From an uncultured Gemmatimonadales bacterium (GTDB taxonomy: Bacteria > Gemmatimonadota > Gemmatimonadetes > Gemmatimonadales > Gemmatimonadaceae), in assembly GCA_963707505.1 (NCBI GenBank), contig CAVPQB010000004.1:64001-128000 (forward strand): 64,000 nt of DNA, in the 5' to 3' direction. The translations under genes and the position numbers were made by a program. The first letter of the stretch is position 1, and the number at the start of each line of letters is the position of its first letter. Below the pieces are notes generated by a model. That model did no database searches, was not told the origin of the DNA, and saw nothing but the letters and a program-made list of their open reading frames with translations. Below are positions 60,679 to 64,000 of this stretch, piece by piece.

Positions 60679-61424
60679 CGGTGGCGATCGACGTCAGGCA
60701 ACTGACGCGTCGCTTCGGCAGCTTCACCGCTGTCGATTCGATCAGCTTCGACGTGCGCGAGGGTGAAGTGTTCGGCTTTCTGGGCGCCAACGGAGCGGGG
60801 AAGACGACGGCGATAAAAATGTTGATCGGTCTGCTCGCGCCCACGTCTGGCCAGGCGAGCGTGGCCGGATTCGACGTGTCCACCCATGCGGACGACGTGC
60901 GGCGACACATTGGGTACATGAGTCAGCGCTTCTCGTTGTACGAGGATCTCACAGTTAGGGAGAACATCACGCTGTACGGTGGAATCTACGGGCTGACCGA
61001 CTCGGAGATCCGCGACCGTGGCGAGGCACTGATCCGGACACTGAAGCTCGAGAGCACGAGTGATGATCGCGTGGAGTCGCTACCGCTGGGATGGAAGCAG
61101 AAGCTGGCGTTCTCGGTCGCAATGCTGCACGAACCCGCAGTAGTCTTTCTGGACGAGCCAACCGGCGGTGTCGATCCGATCACGCGCAGACAGTTCTGGG
61201 AGATGATTTATACTGTCGCCGAGCGTGGTACGACGGTGTTCGTCACGACTCACTATCTGGATGAGGCGGAATATTGCGACCGCATCTCCATCATGGTGGA
61301 CGGCCGCATCGCGGCGATGGGAACGCCGACCGAAGTGAAGCAGAAGTTCGGCGCGGCTACGCTGGACGAGGTCTTTCTGCGGTTGGTGCGTCCCACCGGC
61401 GTACAAACTCCACAGCGAGCCTGA
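60675..61424 (+). CDS. ABC transporter ATP-binding protein
   Basis: GANGAGKTT, LPLGWKQK, LDEPTGGVD, TTHY. Confidence 0.95.
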   Translation: MTVAIDVRQLTRRFGSFTAVDSISFDVREGEVFGFLGANGAGKTTAIKMLIGLLAPTSGQASVAGFDVSTHADDVRRHIGYMSQRFSLYEDLTVRENITLYGGIYGLTDSEIRDRGEALIRTLKLESTSDDRVESLPLGWKQKLAFSVAMLHEPAVVFLDEPTGGVDPITRRQFWEMIYTVAERGTTVFVTTHYLDEAEYCDRISIMVDGRIAAMGTPTEVKQKFGAATLDEVFLRLVRPTGVQTPQRA

Positions 61425-61431
61425 AGGCAGA

Positions 61432-62547
61432 ATGGCCGACCGCAGATCCGCGCTGCACGCATTCATCATCAAGGAGATGCGGCACATCCTTCGTGATCGG
61501 CAGACGTTGACGATTCTGTTGTTGCTCCCCCTGGCAATGGTGGTGTTGTTTGGTTACGCGTTGCGGGATGACATAAGTGACGTGCGGGTCGTCGTGGTCG
61601 ATCCGACGCCCGACTATGCGACTATCGCCTTGCGCAACCGGTTCGCGGGCAATCCGCGGTTTGAAATCGTGGCAACATCGCAGACACCGAATCTGCTGGA
61701 GCCGTTGTTTCGTCGCGGAGACGCCGACCTTGCGCTGGTATTTCCACCGCGGTTCGCAGAATCGCTATCCGAAGGAGTGCCAACTCGCCTGCTGTTGATC
61801 GGCGATGCGTCCGACCCGAATACCGGAAGCACCATGGCCGCGTACGCGAGCGCAGTGATTGCCGGCTACCAGTCCGAGATCGGTGCCACGGGGCAGACGG
61901 TCCGGATAGTTCCACAGCTTCGAATGCGATTCAACCCCACGCTGGAGAGCGTGAATCTGTTCGTACCCGGGCTCATCGCCCTGGTACTGACGCTCATCAC
62001 GGCGCTCATGACGGCCATATCCCTGTCGCGTGAGAAGGAGCGTGGCACGCTTGAAATATTGCTGGTATCACCGCTTCACCCATGGCAGATCATACTCGGC
62101 AAGGTAATGCCGTATCTGCTGCTGGCGCTTGGCAACGTCGCGACAGCGCTGCTCGCGGCGTGGGCGGTGTTCCATGTGCCGTTCCGGGGAAGTCTGACAC
62201 TGCTGTTGTTATCCAGCCTTCTCTATTCGATGGTGGGGCTCGCTCTTGGAGTACTGATCGCCGCGGTGACGTCGTCCCAGCGCGCGGCGATGCTTGGAGC
62301 GCTCGTTGGAACCATGCTGCCGAGCGCGTTGCTGTCGGGAATGATATTCCCGATAGCGAGTCTTCCGGTGTGGCTGCGCGTCGTGACGTATGTCGTTCCA
62401 GCGCGCTGGTTCATCGTGATCTCGCGTGGGATCATGCTCAAGGGTGTGGGCCTGACGTATCTGTGGAAAGAACTGGCGGTACTCGCCGTGATGCTCACGG
62501 TGCTGTTGATCGCTGCTGTGCGAAGTTTCAAGCCGAGGCTCGCGTGA
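61432..62547 (+). CDS. ABC-2 type permease (YbhS-like)
   Basis: KEMRHILRD, FNPTLES..FVPG, SREKERGTLE, LSGMIFPI. Confidence 0.93.
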   Translation: MADRRSALHAFIIKEMRHILRDRQTLTILLLLPLAMVVLFGYALRDDISDVRVVVVDPTPDYATIALRNRFAGNPRFEIVATSQTPNLLEPLFRRGDADLALVFPPRFAESLSEGVPTRLLLIGDASDPNTGSTMAAYASAVIAGYQSEIGATGQTVRIVPQLRMRFNPTLESVNLFVPGLIALVLTLITALMTAISLSREKERGTLEILLVSPLHPWQIILGKVMPYLLLALGNVATALLAAWAVFHVPFRGSLTLLLLSSLLYSMVGLALGVLIAAVTSSQRAAMLGALVGTMLPSALLSGMIFPIASLPVWLRVVTYVVPARWFIVISRGIMLKGVGLTYLWKELAVLAVMLTVLLIAAVRSFKPRLA

Positions 62548-63704
62548 AGCTGCGGGTATTGCGATTTCTGTTGCGCAAGGAATTCCTGCAGATCGTGCGC
62601 GATCGCACGTTGCTCGGCATGCTGTTCATCATGCCGGTGATCCAGCTGCTGGTGCTCGCGAATGCCGTGACGTTCGAGGTGAAGAGCGCGCGCATGTACG
62701 TCATCGACAAGGATCACAGCAACATGTCTCGCGGCGTTGCGACGCGGCTGGCTGCGTCCGGGCGATTTGTGCCGACGGAATCATCTCCGTCGATGATCGA
62801 GGGTGACGGAGCGATGCTGGACCGACGAGTCGACATGATCCTCGTGATTCCGGAGGGGTTCGAGCGCGGAATCGTGCGCGATCATCATGCGCCACTGCAG
62901 CTCGTGTTCAACGCTGAGGATGGTGCGGCGGCCGGTGTGATGCAGTCGTATGCCAATACGATTCTTACGAGCTATGCCGGAGAGCTCGGCGCAGAAGTGA
63001 GCCCGATGCTGACTACGAAAGTGAGCGTGGCTGATGGTGCCGCGCCGACGCGAGGTCATCCCGTGATCGAGCTGCGTCGGCGTGGATGGTACAACTCCGA
63101 GCTGGACTATCGTCAGTACATGGTTCCCGGAATCCTCGTCGTGCTGGTGACGATGATCGGTACGCTGTTGACGGCGATGAACATAGTCCGTGAGAAGGAA
63201 GCGGGGACGCTCGACCAGCTCAACGTGACCCCGATCAACCGGTCGACCTTCATCGCCGCCAAGCTGATACCGCTCTGGACCTTCGCGATGATCGACCTCG
63301 CGATAGGGCTCGTGGTCGCGCGGTTCGTGTTTCACGTACCGATGCTCGGCAGCCTCTTCCTGGTATTCTTCGCCGCGACGATCTATCTCGTTGGTGCGCT
63401 CGGCATCGGACTCTGGATCTCGACAGTTGCAGAGACACAGCAGCAGGCGATGTTCGTGACATTCTCGCTGTTGATGGTATACCTCCTTATGAGTGGGCTG
63501 TTCACACCCATCCGGGGTATGCCGGCATGGGCGCAGTGGACCACCGAGATCAACCCGATCGCGCACTTCGTGGCGCTGATGCGCGCCGTGCTGCTCAAGG
63601 GTGCCCGGATGCGCGACGTCGCATCGCATCTCGCTGCCCTCGCCGCGATCAGCTCGGTGGTGCTCAGCATCGCCATACGCCAGTATCACAAGCGCTCGGC
63701 GTGA
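62544..63704 (+). CDS. ABC-2 type permease (YbhR-like)
   Basis: GTG start overlapping the previous stop; KEFLQIVRD, YMVPGI, VREKEAGTLDQLNVTP, MSGLFTPI..MP.W. Confidence 0.93.
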   Translation: MKLRVLRFLLRKEFLQIVRDRTLLGMLFIMPVIQLLVLANAVTFEVKSARMYVIDKDHSNMSRGVATRLAASGRFVPTESSPSMIEGDGAMLDRRVDMILVIPEGFERGIVRDHHAPLQLVFNAEDGAAAGVMQSYANTILTSYAGELGAEVSPMLTTKVSVADGAAPTRGHPVIELRRRGWYNSELDYRQYMVPGILVVLVTMIGTLLTAMNIVREKEAGTLDQLNVTPINRSTFIAAKLIPLWTFAMIDLAIGLVVARFVFHVPMLGSLFLVFFAATIYLVGALGIGLWISTVAETQQQAMFVTFSLLMVYLLMSGLFTPIRGMPAWAQWTTEINPIAHFVALMRAVLLKGARMRDVASHLAALAAISSVVLSIAIRQYHKRSA

Positions 63705-63788
63705 CTTCCAGCGGGCGCGCGTCTTGCTCCAATTCGAGCCGCCAGGCGGTATATTCCGCAGGTATTATCCGTGACCGAGGTCGTTCCA

Positions 63789-64000
63789 ATGGCTTCTCAG
63801 ACCTGCACCCATCTCGACCAGGTACGCGACGTCGAGCCGCGCACGCCGAACGGGTGCGAAGAATGTCTCAAGATGCACAGCGGGTGGGTGCACCTGCGTC
63901 TGTGTCTCGAGTGCGGGCACGTGGGCTGTTGCGATAGCTCGCCGAACAAGCACGCCACAAAGCACTTCCACGCGACCGGACATCCGATCGTACGCTCCTT
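63789..64000 (+). CDS. UBP-type zinc finger protein (runs off window end)
   Basis: Translated by hand: MASQTCTHLDQV...GCEECLK...WVHLRLCLECGHVGCCDSSPNKHATKHFHATGHPIVRS. Confidence 0.9.
   Translation, partial: MASQTCTHLDQVRDVEPRTPNGCEECLKMHSGWVHLRLCLECGHVGCCDSSPNKHATKHFHATGHPIVRS

Overview
A GC-rich, gene-dense bacterial chromosomal segment. The gene repertoire (BTAD/SARP regulator, Big_2 lipoproteins, RCC1-repeat kinase, TIGR02999-type ECF sigma, PEP-CTERM protein, alternative complex III) suggests Gemmatimonadota; this is inference. About 55 CDS are present: housekeeping and stress genes (NhaA, TrxB-like reductase, DUF59, YeiH/LysR, M28 and S9 peptidases, aldo-keto reductases), an alternative complex III operon (actABCDEF plus an extra cytochrome c), a KaiC-like ATPase/histidine kinase operon, and a TetR-TolC-HlyD-ABC efflux operon. 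I saw no rRNA, tRNA, CRISPR array, integrase or transposase. Seven genes carry frameshifts, most consistent with assembly indel errors. Best candidates for undescribed systems: (1) a cytoplasmic kinase-STAND ATPase-TPR protein with an ECF sigma, where two opposite-strand genes share an upstream motif that looks like the sigma's promoter; (2) an FHA / Ser-Thr kinase-RCC1 propeller / Ig-repeat lipoprotein / TPR operon; (3) a KaiC-like ATPase fused to a winged HTH, followed by a histidine kinase; (4) a split-barrel (PNPOx-like) domain fused to a MenA-like prenyltransferase. Several regulatory sites are readable directly: a tipA-like MerR promoter, sigma-54 boxes, and MarR and TetR operators.
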